Source: Lentisphaerales bacterium (GTDB lineage Bacteria > Verrucomicrobiota > Kiritimatiellia > SPBP01). Taken from it: a DNA stretch of 54,837 bases. Position 1 is the first letter of the stretch. Every line of letters begins with the position of its first letter. A program made the translations under genes and the position numbers. The stretch lies in NCBI GenBank assembly GCA_032123355.1, contig JAQBFM010000079.1:1-54837 (forward strand), written 5' to 3'. Positions 1 through 9,165 of the stretch are shown here, piece by piece. The notes under the pieces are model-generated. The model was not told the origin of the DNA and searched no databases. It saw only the letters and a program-made list of their open reading frames with translations.

Positions 1-4
1 CGCA

Positions 5-86
5 CTAGCAGCCTGTCGGACTTCCCGCCAGAGGCGGGTCTGCCTTTGGCCTGATCCGCTTCGCTCTAAGTCCGCCATGCTGCTAG
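5..86. repeat. CTAG-bounded palindromic mini-element, copy 1 (MITE/REP-like)
   Basis: Left arm ctagcagcctgtcggactt vs reverse complement of right arm ctagcagcatggcggactt (17/19). Internal mini-palindrome cccgcc-aga-ggcggg. Right CTAG contains the TAG stop of the TraB/GumN gene. Confidence 0.75.
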
Positions 87-985
87 AACTGGCGCACGGA
101 ATACTTGCCAGTGTCTTTCAACAGCTGAACAATGCCCTTCTTCCCAACCATGTGGCCTGCGCCGACTACGACGAAGTAGGTCCCGCCCTTCTTCAGAAAG
201 CCTTGAACCTTTTCGGCCATCTGGACATTACGCTTGAAATACAGCTCCTCGTATACCGGTGCGAGCTCAGGGTCATCGGCAAGGCTCTTCATCAGGACCT
301 TCTCCAGTGCTTCGGCATCTCCGGTCTTCCAGCAGGTCAGTATGCTACCGACATCACGTGCGCTGTTCTCCAGCTCGGATAAGGTCAGAAGCAGCAACTT
401 GTCTCCGTGTGGCCCCAGCACATTGTCCACGAGGTCGAGCTGCATTGCTGCCGACTCAAGCTCAAGAACGGTCTTGCTGCCGCGCGCCGCCGTGAGGAAA
501 TGCATGTCGATTCCGTTCATGGGCGAGAATCCCATGCTCATCAACTCAAGCGTTTCCACACTCATTGCGACGAACCATGGTTTGAACGCATTGAAGAAGA
601 GCGGACTGATGCCATACCTCGAGCATGCCGTATCGAGTTTCTCCATTGTTGTCACTGAGACCAGGTCCTCCAGCATAAGGCCATTTGTTATGCACGCTCT
701 GGCAAGGAACATCGCCTGCACCATCAGCTGGTTTTTGGTCGGATCAATTTCGACAACCAGGTTGGATGAGGACTTGAAGGAGTCTTCGATTCTCTCGTCG
801 AGTGGATAAAGGCTTTTCGGAGCCAGGTGCATTGAACCTAGCAGGAAGGCGGTGCCGTTTTCGGAACAGACCTCCCACATGAATACATTTGTCTCTTCGG
901 CCTGAGCCGGAATGGCCAGGAGGAACAAAGCGACAATCAGAGCCAGTACTCCTGCTGTAAGCAGCCTCCGTTTGTTCGTGGTCAT
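83..985 (-). CDS. TraB/GumN family secreted protein
   Basis: Signal peptide (..AIPAQA/EE); LLGSMH motif, GID..F, ELES, C-terminal FVVVGAGH motif typical of TraB/GumN/Tiki proteins. Confidence 0.9.
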   Translation of the reverse strand: MTTNKRRLLTAGVLALIVALFLLAIPAQAEETNVFMWEVCSENGTAFLLGSMHLAPKSLYPLDERIEDSFKSSSNLVVEIDPTKNQLMVQAMFLARACITNGLMLEDLVSVTTMEKLDTACSRYGISPLFFNAFKPWFVAMSVETLELMSMGFSPMNGIDMHFLTAARGSKTVLELESAAMQLDLVDNVLGPHGDKLLLLTLSELENSARDVGSILTCWKTGDAEALEKVLMKSLADDPELAPVYEELYFKRNVQMAEKVQGFLKKGGTYFVVVGAGHMVGKKGIVQLLKDTGKYSVRQF

Positions 986-1053
986 TGCCGAGTCGGTCCT
1001 TTCTTCATCCTGCTAACATGTCCTTCAGTGGCCCGCGCTGCTGGTGTTAATGC

Positions 1054-2097
1054 TTAACGTTCGAGTCTGGGCAGTAGGTGTTCGAAGTAGAGATCCAGCA
1101 TGTCCCCACTTATGTTGGGCGGCAGGTGGTTGCCGACGGCAAGAATGGCGCCCTTGCAGTCGGATAGCCGCTCGAATGTCCTGTCGATATCGGCGAGGAC
1201 CTGGTCGCGTCGCCCCAGTGTGATGTCGCGGCAATCGACGAAACTGCCGACGAGGCATTTCGTGCGGCCGAAATTGTCGGCCATGAACCCGAAATCATTA
1301 CAGGGCTCAAAGATGAAGCCGTCTGCGCCGGCTTCGGCCACGTCGACGGCGAACTCCATGAAGTTACCGTCGGAGCAGAAGAGAACTTTTTTGCCGGCTT
1401 CGTGAATCGGTTTCCACAACTCGGCGTATCTTGGAATGATGATCTTGCGGTAGACATCGGGGCTCATGAACGCACCGGAGGTCCAGACGAAATCATCATG
1501 CTGAATAACGACTTCAACGCTGGTCTTGGCCCAGGCCTTCATGAAGAACATTGTGCGTCTGAAGAAACTGTCCAACACGGGCTCCAGCCTCGCCGGCTCG
1601 GAGGCGGCGAGCAGCAACATGTCCCATCCGAATGAGCTGATCGCGCCGGAGACGAGGCTGGTGTAGCATCCGCCGGTGAGAAGCGTGTTGGGTCTGGCCG
1701 CCCGGGAATCCACGACTATCTTCTCATATGCAGCGACCTGTTCATCGAAATCGGGAAGACCGTACTCCTCGACTGCATTGAAGTCCCACACTTGCGCCTC
1801 GGAGGTGAAGGGAGATGGCTTCGCCTGCCGCTGGTCGCTTCCATCGGCGGCATACGAGGCGTGGCCCATGTCTGTGACACGGCCGGCCTCTGCCCAATTT
1901 ACCAGGCCGTCATTGGTCGACCACAGCATGTCGAAACAGAAGCGGTCAAAAGCGGCAACGTGCAGGTTCGGCGAGTCAGCCGGCAGACCGACACTACGCG
2001 CCAGATAGTCCGTGTGATAGTCGAGACTGTACTCCGTATGTCCCCATCGACTGGATGGTCTGAGGAATATGTTGTCGAGTGCTGTCTTTATACTCAT
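1054..2097 (-). CDS. Uroporphyrinogen decarboxylase (URO-D/MtaA-like) family protein
   Basis: FGWDMLL, QHDD, HxxGKKVLFCSDGN, GADGFIFEP, ILAVGNHLPP pattern of URO-D-like TIM barrels; substrate not assignable. Confidence 0.75.
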   Translation of the reverse strand: MSIKTALDNIFLRPSSRWGHTEYSLDYHTDYLARSVGLPADSPNLHVAAFDRFCFDMLWSTNDGLVNWAEAGRVTDMGHASYAADGSDQRQAKPSPFTSEAQVWDFNAVEEYGLPDFDEQVAAYEKIVVDSRAARPNTLLTGGCYTSLVSGAISSFGWDMLLLAASEPARLEPVLDSFFRRTMFFMKAWAKTSVEVVIQHDDFVWTSGAFMSPDVYRKIIIPRYAELWKPIHEAGKKVLFCSDGNFMEFAVDVAEAGADGFIFEPCNDFGFMADNFGRTKCLVGSFVDCRDITLGRRDQVLADIDRTFERLSDCKGAILAVGNHLPPNISGDMLDLYFEHLLPRLER

Positions 2098-2490
2098 GAA
2101 TCCTCCTGAGCTTCTGGTTCGAGCTGTGGATACCAGATATCATCGCGGAGCGCAAATCAAACATGGTGTTATGGTGTGGGGAGGGCGCATTCCACTTCTG
2201 TAGGGTTTTGTTGATCCTGTGATCCTGTGAGCGTAGAGAGGCCACGAAGACAGGAAGTCCATAGCAGATGCGCTACTACATGAGCAAGCAGCATCAACAA
2301 CGAAAACCGTGATGAAGAGGAACTTCGAACAATGGGTGAATGGAGAGAAGAGAAGATTAACCGCGAATAGCCCGTCTTCAACACCCATAGGCTCATCGCC
2401 ACTCATACGTCGTTCTGCCGTAATTCGTGCTGAGAGTTATCCCTACGGAAGTGACATGCGCCCGGACATCCAGACGTGATGCTTTTCTTC

Positions 2491-2523
2491 TTGCACACGT
2501 TTCATGGAGAGACTATATAAACT
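2491..2523 (+). promoter_or_regulatory. Candidate sigma70 promoter for the rib operon
   Basis: TTGCAC-17 bp-TATATA(AACT) just upstream of the FMN aptamer. Confidence 0.45.
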
Positions 2524-2535
2524 CGTACAACTTGA

Positions 2536-2699
2536 AATCTTCGGGACAGGGTGGGTCCGCAGTCAGTTGAGCGGACGATTCCCAACCGGCGGTAAAAGCC
2601 CGCGAGTCCAGGTTGCATTTGACCGGGACAGATACGGTGAAATTCCGTGGCCGACAGTAATGGAGTCTTGTTACTTCTGAGTCTGGATGGGAGAAGATT
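2536..2699 (+). ncRNA. FMN riboswitch (RFN element)
   Basis: aatcttcggg(a)cagggtg...attcccaaccggcggt...agcccgcgag...ggtgaaattcc...ccgacagt...agtctggatgggagaagatt; P1 aatcttc/gaagatt; directly upstream of riboflavin genes. Confidence 0.95.
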
Positions 2700-2718
2700 G
2701 TTCTGAGCATCTCTTTGT

Positions 2719-2748
2719 CCCGAAGGCATTGTGTCTTCGGGCTTTTTT
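2719..2748 (+). terminator. Intrinsic terminator, expression platform of the FMN riboswitch
   Basis: cccgaagg-cattgtg-tcttcggg hairpin followed by c-tttttt, between aptamer and ribBA start. Confidence 0.8.
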
Positions 2749-2774
2749 GTGCCCGCACGCAGGAAGGGAAGAGA

Positions 2775-4004
2775 ATGAAAAGTCCGGGCACGGATACTAA
2801 TGGATGCATATTTGATCCGGTCGAAGAGGCCGTTGCCGCCGTACGCAACGGCGAGCTTGTCGTGGTCACTGATGACGAGACGAGAGAGAACGAGGGTGAC
2901 CTCGTCGTGGCTGCCCAGAAGGTCAGCGATAAAGCCATAAACTTCATGACAATCAATGGGCGTGGGCTCATCTGTGTTGCACTTCCGTCCGACCGACTCC
3001 GTAAGCTCGGTATCGAGAAGCTGTCGCATCGGCGAGGCGGCGACCGGTTCGGCACCGCATTCACGGAATCTGTTGACGCGGCTAACGGAATAACAACGGG
3101 TATAAGCGCGCAGGATCGGGCCGAAACAATACGCGTGCTGATGGACGAGAATAGTAAGCCCCAGGACGTAGTAAGTCCGGGCCACATGTTTCCACTTGAG
3201 GCTAAGCCGGGCGGCGTCCTGCGGCGCGCCGGCCATACAGAAGCAGCGGTCGATCTTGCCGTCATGGCCGGACTGCGCCCCGCCGGGGTGATCTGCGAGA
3301 TTCTTCGGGAAGATGGTAAAATGGCGCGATTGCCGGAATTGCGTGAAATCAGTTCGCGACATGGCCTGAAGATGATCTCAATCGCCGACCTGATAGCTTA
3401 CCGAAGGAGCAGTGAGAAACTCGTCGAGAAAGTCAGGGCCATCTCATTGCCGACAGACTTGGGCCATTTCGACCTGCATCTCTACAGGTCCATAGTGGAT
3501 GGCGAACATCATCTTGCGCTGGTCATGGGTTCGCCCCAGACGGAAGATGCTCCACTTGTCAGGGTTCACAGCGAATGCCTTACCGGCGAAGTGCTTGGCT
3601 CCTTGCGCTGCGATTGCGGTCAGCAGCTGAAGGGCGCAATGCAGATGATATCCCAGGCCGGTGCCGGCGTCCTGGTCTACATGCGCCAGGAAGGAAGAGG
3701 CATCGGACTCGCGAATAAACTGCATGCATATGAGCTTCAGCAGACGGAAGGACTTGATACGGTTGACGCTAATACCAGGCTCGGCTTCCCAGCTGACCTG
3801 CGCGACTACGGGATTGGGGCCCAGATACTCCTTGATCTCGGACTCAAGCGCATTCGGCTCATGACCAATAATCCCAGGAAGATAGTCGGACTGCAGGGAT
3901 ACGGCCTGACCATAGTCGAACGAATTCCAATCGTTCACGAGTCAACTGAATACAGCGAAGCGTATCTCCATACCAAGAAGGTGAAGCTCGGTCATTTGTT
4001 GTAG
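2775..4004 (+). CDS. ribBA: Bifunctional 3,4-dihydroxy-2-butanone 4-phosphate synthase / GTP cyclohydrolase II
   Basis: DDETRENEGDL, GHMFPL, RAGHTEA, RVHSECLTGE, RCDCGQQL, QEGRGIG, TNNPRK. Start set at ATG 2775 after a purine-rich RBS; the ORF-track start lies inside the terminator. Confidence 0.97.
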   Translation: MKSPGTDTNGCIFDPVEEAVAAVRNGELVVVTDDETRENEGDLVVAAQKVSDKAINFMTINGRGLICVALPSDRLRKLGIEKLSHRRGGDRFGTAFTESVDAANGITTGISAQDRAETIRVLMDENSKPQDVVSPGHMFPLEAKPGGVLRRAGHTEAAVDLAVMAGLRPAGVICEILREDGKMARLPELREISSRHGLKMISIADLIAYRRSSEKLVEKVRAISLPTDLGHFDLHLYRSIVDGEHHLALVMGSPQTEDAPLVRVHSECLTGEVLGSLRCDCGQQLKGAMQMISQAGAGVLVYMRQEGRGIGLANKLHAYELQQTEGLDTVDANTRLGFPADLRDYGIGAQILLDLGLKRIRLMTNNPRKIVGLQGYGLTIVERIPIVHESTEYSEAYLHTKKVKLGHLL

Positions 4005-4048
4005 GAGCAGCGTGCAAAGATGAATATAACAAGAAAAGGAGGCAGCAG

Positions 4049-4531
4049 ATGAGCAGGGAAGAAATACAGGGACTATTGAAGGCTGACGGTATAAAGGCGT
4101 GCGTCGTGATAAGCCGGTTCAATGACTTCTTCACGAAACAGCTTCTTGACGGCGCAGTGGACTGTTTTGTGCGGCATGGCGGCAACGAAAACAGCCTGAC
4201 GGTAATATGGACACCCGGTGCTAACGAATTGCCGCTCGTGGCGGATCGTGCAGCCAAGTCAGGCAAGTTCAGCGGCCTTGTTGCTCTCGGTGCGGTTGTG
4301 CAGGGAGCCACCCGACACGCGGAACTGATCAATACACAGGTGTCGAGGTCTCTGGCAAAGACTGCCATGGACACCGAACTTCCACTGATCAATGGCGTCG
4401 TCTGCGCGGACAACCTCGAACAGGCGATAGAGCGATGCGGAACAAAATCAGGCAACAAGGGCTGGACTTCCATGCTGGCTCTTATTGAAATGGTCAATCT
4501 CTACAAGGAACTGGGACGGGGCGGGAAATAG
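4049..4531 (+). CDS. ribH: 6,7-dimethyl-8-ribityllumazine synthase
   Basis: SRFN, PGANELP, GAVVQGATRH, INGV, NKG motifs; SD aggagg. Confidence 0.97.
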   Translation: MSREEIQGLLKADGIKACVVISRFNDFFTKQLLDGAVDCFVRHGGNENSLTVIWTPGANELPLVADRAAKSGKFSGLVALGAVVQGATRHAELINTQVSRSLAKTAMDTELPLINGVVCADNLEQAIERCGTKSGNKGWTSMLALIEMVNLYKELGRGGK

Positions 4532-4533
4532 AA

Positions 4534-5034
4534 ATGGGCAAAAGGCGTGACGCCCGCGAACGGGCAATACAGTTGCTGTTTCAGCTCGATATGAACCCGC
4601 AGGACGTCGACTCGACGCTGCGCGGGTTCTGGCATGACAGCGGAGCCAGCAACGAGACGATTGAATTCGCCGAATCCCTTGTACGCGGCGTTATGCAGAA
4701 CCTTTCTGAAATCGACCTCATGATTCAGAAGAACACGACCAACTGGGATATCTCGAGGATCGGCAAGGTCGAGAAGTGCGTACTGCGTCTCGCTTTCTAT
4801 GAACTTCTCTATCGGACGGATATTCCGCCGGTGGTCTCAATTAATGAAGCAATTGAGATTGCGAAGCTATACGGGGGTGGAGAAGCATCCGGGAAGTTTA
4901 TCAACGGTATTCTGGACAACATAAGGAGGGATCTGCATCGGCCGGCTCGCACTGCCGGGAAGTCGCCGTCGGAGGCCAATGCGACTGATCCGGAGCCGGA
5001 GCAGACGGAAGATGACCAGCCGCAAGTCAACTGA
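4534..5034 (+). CDS. nusB: Transcription antitermination factor NusB
   Basis: RRDARERAIQLLFQ, LRLAFYEL, SINEAIEIAKLY, FINGILD; conserved ribH-nusB pair. Confidence 0.96.
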   Translation: MGKRRDARERAIQLLFQLDMNPQDVDSTLRGFWHDSGASNETIEFAESLVRGVMQNLSEIDLMIQKNTTNWDISRIGKVEKCVLRLAFYELLYRTDIPPVVSINEAIEIAKLYGGGEASGKFINGILDNIRRDLHRPARTAGKSPSEANATDPEPEQTEDDQPQVN

Positions 5035-6178
5035 TCATGACGAGTGCCTTATGCAGCGGGCAATCGAGCTCGGAGTGAAAGGCATGGGACGCACCTCGCC
5101 GAATCCGCCGGTCGGTGCCGTAGTGGTCAACCGTGGCAGCATCGTTGGCGAGGGATTCCACCGTAGAGCAGGGGGAGCTCACGCTGAAATAGAGGCACTC
5201 TCCGCAGCGGGCCGGAAGGCGGCAGGTGCAAGCTTGTATGTCACACTCGAGCCTTGTTCCACAAGTGGCCGGACCGGGCCGTGTACGGACGAAATTATCA
5301 GACGCAAGGTCAGACGGGTCATTATTTCGGCGACCGACCCAAACCCGTCTCACAACGGGCGCGGCATCAGAGTCCTGCGCCGGGCCGGTATAGGAGTAGT
5401 TACCGGGATATGCGCGGATCCGGGCCGCGAACTGATCGCGCCATTCCGCAAATGGATCACTCGCGGGCTCCCTTTCCTGACCCTGAAGATGGCGATGAGC
5501 CTCGATGGGCGAATCGCTGACTGCAAAGGACACTCAAAATGGATCACCGGCGAATCTTCACGATCACTTGTTAAACGCATGAGAGGCCGAGTCGATGCGG
5601 TAATGGTCGGAAGCCGAACTGCATGCAAGGACAATCCATCACTCACCGCGAGGCCATGTCCTTTCCGGATAATCCTCAATTCTGCGGGCAGTCTTCCGTT
5701 GACGGCAACCGTTCTGAATGACGACCATGTCGAGCGCACAGTCATTGCCGTTGCCCACAGCTGTTCACTCGACCGCGAAAGAAGCTATACCCGCAAAGGG
5801 GCCGCAGTATGGCGTATCGGAAATCGGGGAGGGCATCTATCGCTGAGGTCCCTTTTTCGCCGGATGGCTAAAGAGGAAATTCTACACGTCCTTTGCGAGG
5901 GGGGCTCGGAGCTTGCCGACTCACTACTCAGGGACGAACTCATTGATGAGCTGTTGTTCTTTATTGCGCCATCGATTCTCGGCGGGAAGAACGCTGTGCC
6001 GGTCATTGGCGGCACCTCGGACCGATCTCTTGACAAGCGTGAATCGCTGGTGTTTGCCGAACTCGGAATGTCCGGCCGTGATATCCTGGCTCGGTCATTG
6101 CCCGCAGGAGACCGCTGCAAAAATGGAGCTTCTGCGATTATGAGAGGACTGGTGCGTAGTGTTCACCGGATTGATTAG
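5012..6178 (+). CDS. ribD: Riboflavin biosynthesis deaminase/reductase RibD
   Basis: PNPPVGAV, HAE, LEPCS...PC zinc site, KMAMSLDG, VLCEGG; start uncertain (5012 or 5051). Confidence 0.95.
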   Translation: MTSRKSTDHDECLMQRAIELGVKGMGRTSPNPPVGAVVVNRGSIVGEGFHRRAGGAHAEIEALSAAGRKAAGASLYVTLEPCSTSGRTGPCTDEIIRRKVRRVIISATDPNPSHNGRGIRVLRRAGIGVVTGICADPGRELIAPFRKWITRGLPFLTLKMAMSLDGRIADCKGHSKWITGESSRSLVKRMRGRVDAVMVGSRTACKDNPSLTARPCPFRIILNSAGSLPLTATVLNDDHVERTVIAVAHSCSLDRERSYTRKGAAVWRIGNRGGHLSLRSLFRRMAKEEILHVLCEGGSELADSLLRDELIDELLFFIAPSILGGKNAVPVIGGTSDRSLDKRESLVFAELGMSGRDILARSLPAGDRCKNGASAIMRGLVRSVHRID

Positions 6179-6809
6179 CAACGTCGGCATTTTATGCAGA
6201 ATTGAGACGAGGGGTAATGGGGCCCGAATCCACGTTCGCCCAACCGAGCCATGGCCAGGCCCGCTGACCATCGGGGAGAGTGTGTCGGTTCAGGGCATTT
6301 GCCTGACCGTGACATCGTGCGCGGGCGAAGTATTCACATGTGATGTTCTCCATGAAACACTGGACACATGTAGTCTGGGTGCCAAGCGCGAAGGGGCCCT
6401 CCTGAACCTGGAGCGAGCTCTCAGGGTAGGGGACCGCCTTGGAGGACATTTTGTGACCGGCCATGTTGACGGAACCGGAATCGTTAAGGCTGTAACAAGC
6501 ATCGGGGAGGATCATCTGCTTGACGTTATGTGTGATCGCCGCATGCTTGCCGCTATGGTGGAGAAGGGCTCAGTGGCCTGCGATGGTGTCAGTTTGACAA
6601 TATCACGACTGGACGCTGACGGGTTTGGGGTGTGCCTGATCCCGGAAACGTGGCATAGGACGTCGCTGCACGCCCTGAGGCGTGGCGAGACGGTCAATAT
6701 CGAAACCGATCTGCTCGCGAAGCACATTCTCAAGAGCCTTTCGTCCACAACTCAGGCGTGTCGCAGGCTTACCATGGAAGATCTGCAATCTGCCGGATTC
6801 TTGCAGTAG
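6159..6809 (+). CDS. ribE: Riboflavin synthase (alpha chain; ribE/ribC depending on nomenclature)
   Basis: MFTGL N-terminus, GICLTV, LNLERAL, GGHFVTGHVD, GVSLTI, VNIETD. Confidence 0.97.
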   Translation: MFTGLISNVGILCRIETRGNGARIHVRPTEPWPGPLTIGESVSVQGICLTVTSCAGEVFTCDVLHETLDTCSLGAKREGALLNLERALRVGDRLGGHFVTGHVDGTGIVKAVTSIGEDHLLDVMCDRRMLAAMVEKGSVACDGVSLTISRLDADGFGVCLIPETWHRTSLHALRRGETVNIETDLLAKHILKSLSSTTQACRRLTMEDLQSAGFLQ

Positions 6810-6869
6810 ATGCATCATAGTCCTGCTCAGGCTGCGCCATATGCTCCATCTTTTTCGGGCTTTCAGTCT

Positions 6870-6898
6870 TTGACTTTCGAATCACGGTTCCCTACACT
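6870..6898 (+). promoter_or_regulatory. sigma70-type promoter
   Basis: TTGACT-17 bp-TACACT, 49 bp before the zinc-ribbon gene. Confidence 0.65.
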
Positions 6899-6947
6899 GC
6901 TCGAAATCATTAATCCCAATCACGGGCAAATCCGGGGGCCTGAGTAG

Positions 6948-7643
6948 ATGCCGAGGGATGTTGAAGATCTAATTGCTGTCCAGGTGTTGGACATCCGCAT
7001 ATTGAAGCTTGAGCAGGAACTACGTGACATCCCTGATCGTAAGCACCAGATCAGCCAGCGGAACAACGCCCTGAAGGAATCGTTGGAGTCAGAAAAAGAC
7101 TCGTCCAGGTCCGCGCGGGCACGAGCTGCGGAACTGGAACTTGAGGCCCGCAGCGAACGAGAAAAGATCGCCAAACTCCGCACGCAACAGATGCAGCTGA
7201 AGTCCAACAAGGAATTCAAGGTGATGGCGGATGAGATAGCCCTTGTGGAACGGCATGCAGCCAGTTTCGACGATAAGCAAATTGAGGCCCTTGAACAGGT
7301 CGAGCAGGTCGAGCAGCGGGTCCGGGATGTTGAAAACAACCTCAATAGTGCTGACGGAGAGATGCAATTGAGCGTGCAAGAACTCGACGCCCGTATCCGC
7401 GATATCGAGGCGGAGCTTGCAACGGTTCGTCAGGAACGAGATAAAACCGCCTCAGTGGTGAAGCCAGCCTGGCTGAAGAGTTATCGCCGGCTTTTCGATA
7501 ATAAGAAGGATGCCGTGGTAGTCTCTGCAGAAAACGGCTTTTGTGGAGGCTGCAACCTGAAGCTGCCGCCGCAAGTTACTCATGATGCCAGGCAGGGCGA
7601 CAATCTCGTAGATTGCCCATTCTGTCGTCGACTGCTCTATTGA
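6948..7643 (+). CDS. Coiled-coil protein with C-terminal C4 zinc ribbon (DUF164/CT398/HP0958-like)
   Basis: Long heptad-rich region then CGGCNLKLPPQ...CPFCRRLLY; this family often lies next to rnpB. Confidence 0.9.
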   Translation: MPRDVEDLIAVQVLDIRILKLEQELRDIPDRKHQISQRNNALKESLESEKDSSRSARARAAELELEARSEREKIAKLRTQQMQLKSNKEFKVMADEIALVERHAASFDDKQIEALEQVEQVEQRVRDVENNLNSADGEMQLSVQELDARIRDIEAELATVRQERDKTASVVKPAWLKSYRRLFDNKKDAVVVSAENGFCGGCNLKLPPQVTHDARQGDNLVDCPFCRRLLY

Positions 7644-7668
7644 CCAAAGCTCGATCCCGACGTATATT
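7640..7668 (+). promoter_or_regulatory. sigma70-type promoter for rnpB
   Basis: TTGACC-17 bp-TATATT; the -35 overlaps the upstream stop codon. Confidence 0.65.
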
Positions 7669-7710
7669 CAAGTGGTAGTAACGCTGGCAATCAGTTCTTT
7701 TGTATCGATT

Positions 7711-8086
7711 GGTGGAGGCGTTCGGTCGCTCTTTCGCAACTGTGAAAGGGAGGAAAGTCCGGACTCCTCAGAGCAGGATGTCCTCGGGCTCGAAAGGGTA
7801 CCGGGGAGGCATTCCGTTAACCGGAATGGACGGACAGTGCCACAGAGAATATACCGCTCCGCATAATGCCTTGTGCACTATACGGAGTAAGGGTGAAAAG
7901 GTGGTGTAAGAGACCACCGGACCTTGCAGTAATGCGGGTTGCATGGCAAACCCCATCCGGAGCAAGATCAAATAGGGGACCCGAGGGGCTGCTCGCCCCG
8001 TTCCCGTGAAAGCGGGTAGGGTTCCGGGTAGATCGCATAAGATAAATGACCGACATCTGAACAGAATCCGGCTTATGTCCTCTGCC
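7711..8086 (+). ncRNA. rnpB: RNase P RNA (bacterial type A)
   Basis: gaggaaagtccggactc, agtgccacagagaa, gggtgaaaaggtggtgtaagagaccacc, ggcaaaccccatccggagcaag, aacagaatccggcttat; P1 ggtggagg/cctctgcc. Ends approximate. Confidence 0.96.
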
Positions 8087-9007
8087 TTTCGATACACTAA
8101 ATTAACCGGCAGGTCCGCCTGGGCCGTGCTGGCTGCTGCGTTGATTGCGTGTCTGCTATTCGCAGTAGCATATTTTCGGCTTCCGTCACTCTTGCCCGCA
8201 GGTCCAGGTGTTGAGGCAACGCCCTCCGACTGGGCTGCTGTTGTCCCGCTGCATCAATGCACGTGGTCGGTCTTCCAGACCACAGACGGCAAAACTGAGC
8301 CGGAAGCCGGTCCCTTATCGCAGCGCTTCAGGCTCGCCGGAACGCTCGTGTGGCTCGACCCTGACGGCACCGAGATCAAGAAAGCTATCCTCGCCGATCT
8401 CCAGGCCCGCACCGAAGAAATAGTCAGCGAGGGCACACTCGTCGGCAGCATAGAGGTCGTACGGATTCGACGTGAGAGCGTGTTGCTCAGAGATCGGGTA
8501 GGGGGGCAGGAAGAGGAACTTATTCTAACATACGCCCGCCCTACCCCTGAGCACGACCAGAACGATCCCCCTGCCGTGAGCGCCCCTGAGGGCCTTGAGC
8601 TCGGAGAAGGGGAACTCGTTATTTCAACCAACCGCTTTGGAGCCCAGGTCGGCGCAACCCGCTGGGTAATGTCCCGCGTCAGCGTCATGGGCTTTGTCGA
8701 CGAGATGTCCGAACATCCCGCTCGCGTCGCCAAGCTTTTCGATTCAATGAAGCCCGTCTATGAAGGCGACGGGCCTACGAGGCAGGTTTCCGGCTACGTG
8801 CTGCAACTCGAGGGCGAAGGTGACTTCTATCGCGATGTCGGCCTTAAGGAGGGCGATATTGTTCGCCGGGTGAACAATCTGCCCATGCAGAGCCAGCATC
8901 GCGCAATCTTCTGGATCGACCAGTTCCGGGCCAACAACGCTAATGCATTCCAGATCGACGTAGAGCGTGACGGGAAGGCCGTGCGCCTCGAATACCTCGT
9001 TCGCTAG
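8075..9007 (+). CDS. Type II secretion system protein C-like (N-terminal TM, HR domain, C-terminal PDZ-like)
   Basis: TM helix; FRLAGT..KAILAD...G..V.RIRRESVLL; GLKEGDIVRRVNN PDZ-like end; start uncertain (ATG 8075 or GTG 8126). Confidence 0.75.
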   Translation: MSSAFRYTKLTGRSAWAVLAAALIACLLFAVAYFRLPSLLPAGPGVEATPSDWAAVVPLHQCTWSVFQTTDGKTEPEAGPLSQRFRLAGTLVWLDPDGTEIKKAILADLQARTEEIVSEGTLVGSIEVVRIRRESVLLRDRVGGQEEELILTYARPTPEHDQNDPPAVSAPEGLELGEGELVISTNRFGAQVGATRWVMSRVSVMGFVDEMSEHPARVAKLFDSMKPVYEGDGPTRQVSGYVLQLEGEGDFYRDVGLKEGDIVRRVNNLPMQSQHRAIFWIDQFRANNANAFQIDVERDGKAVRLEYLVR

Positions 9008-9165
9008 ACCTGCCGCGCAAGTCCTGTAGTGCTCGTACCCGTCGATAACCGCTCCGCTGATCTACCCGTTGTGCATGACAGACATCGTGAGTAGACATAA
9101 GATATATTATCCGACATTGCGGTAAACCGGCTGTATGTCCGGCAATCCAGCAATTGAATGCGGGG

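Noticed and set aside
1005-1060. Integron attC site after the URO-D-like gene
   Set aside because: gctaac...gttaat ends are only loosely complementary, L boxes are not evident, and there is no integrase or cassette array
2240-2470. Small ORF or gene remnant between the URO-D-like gene and the rib leader
   Set aside because: Open frames of 55-88 codons lack SD and recognisable motifs; cannot be supported
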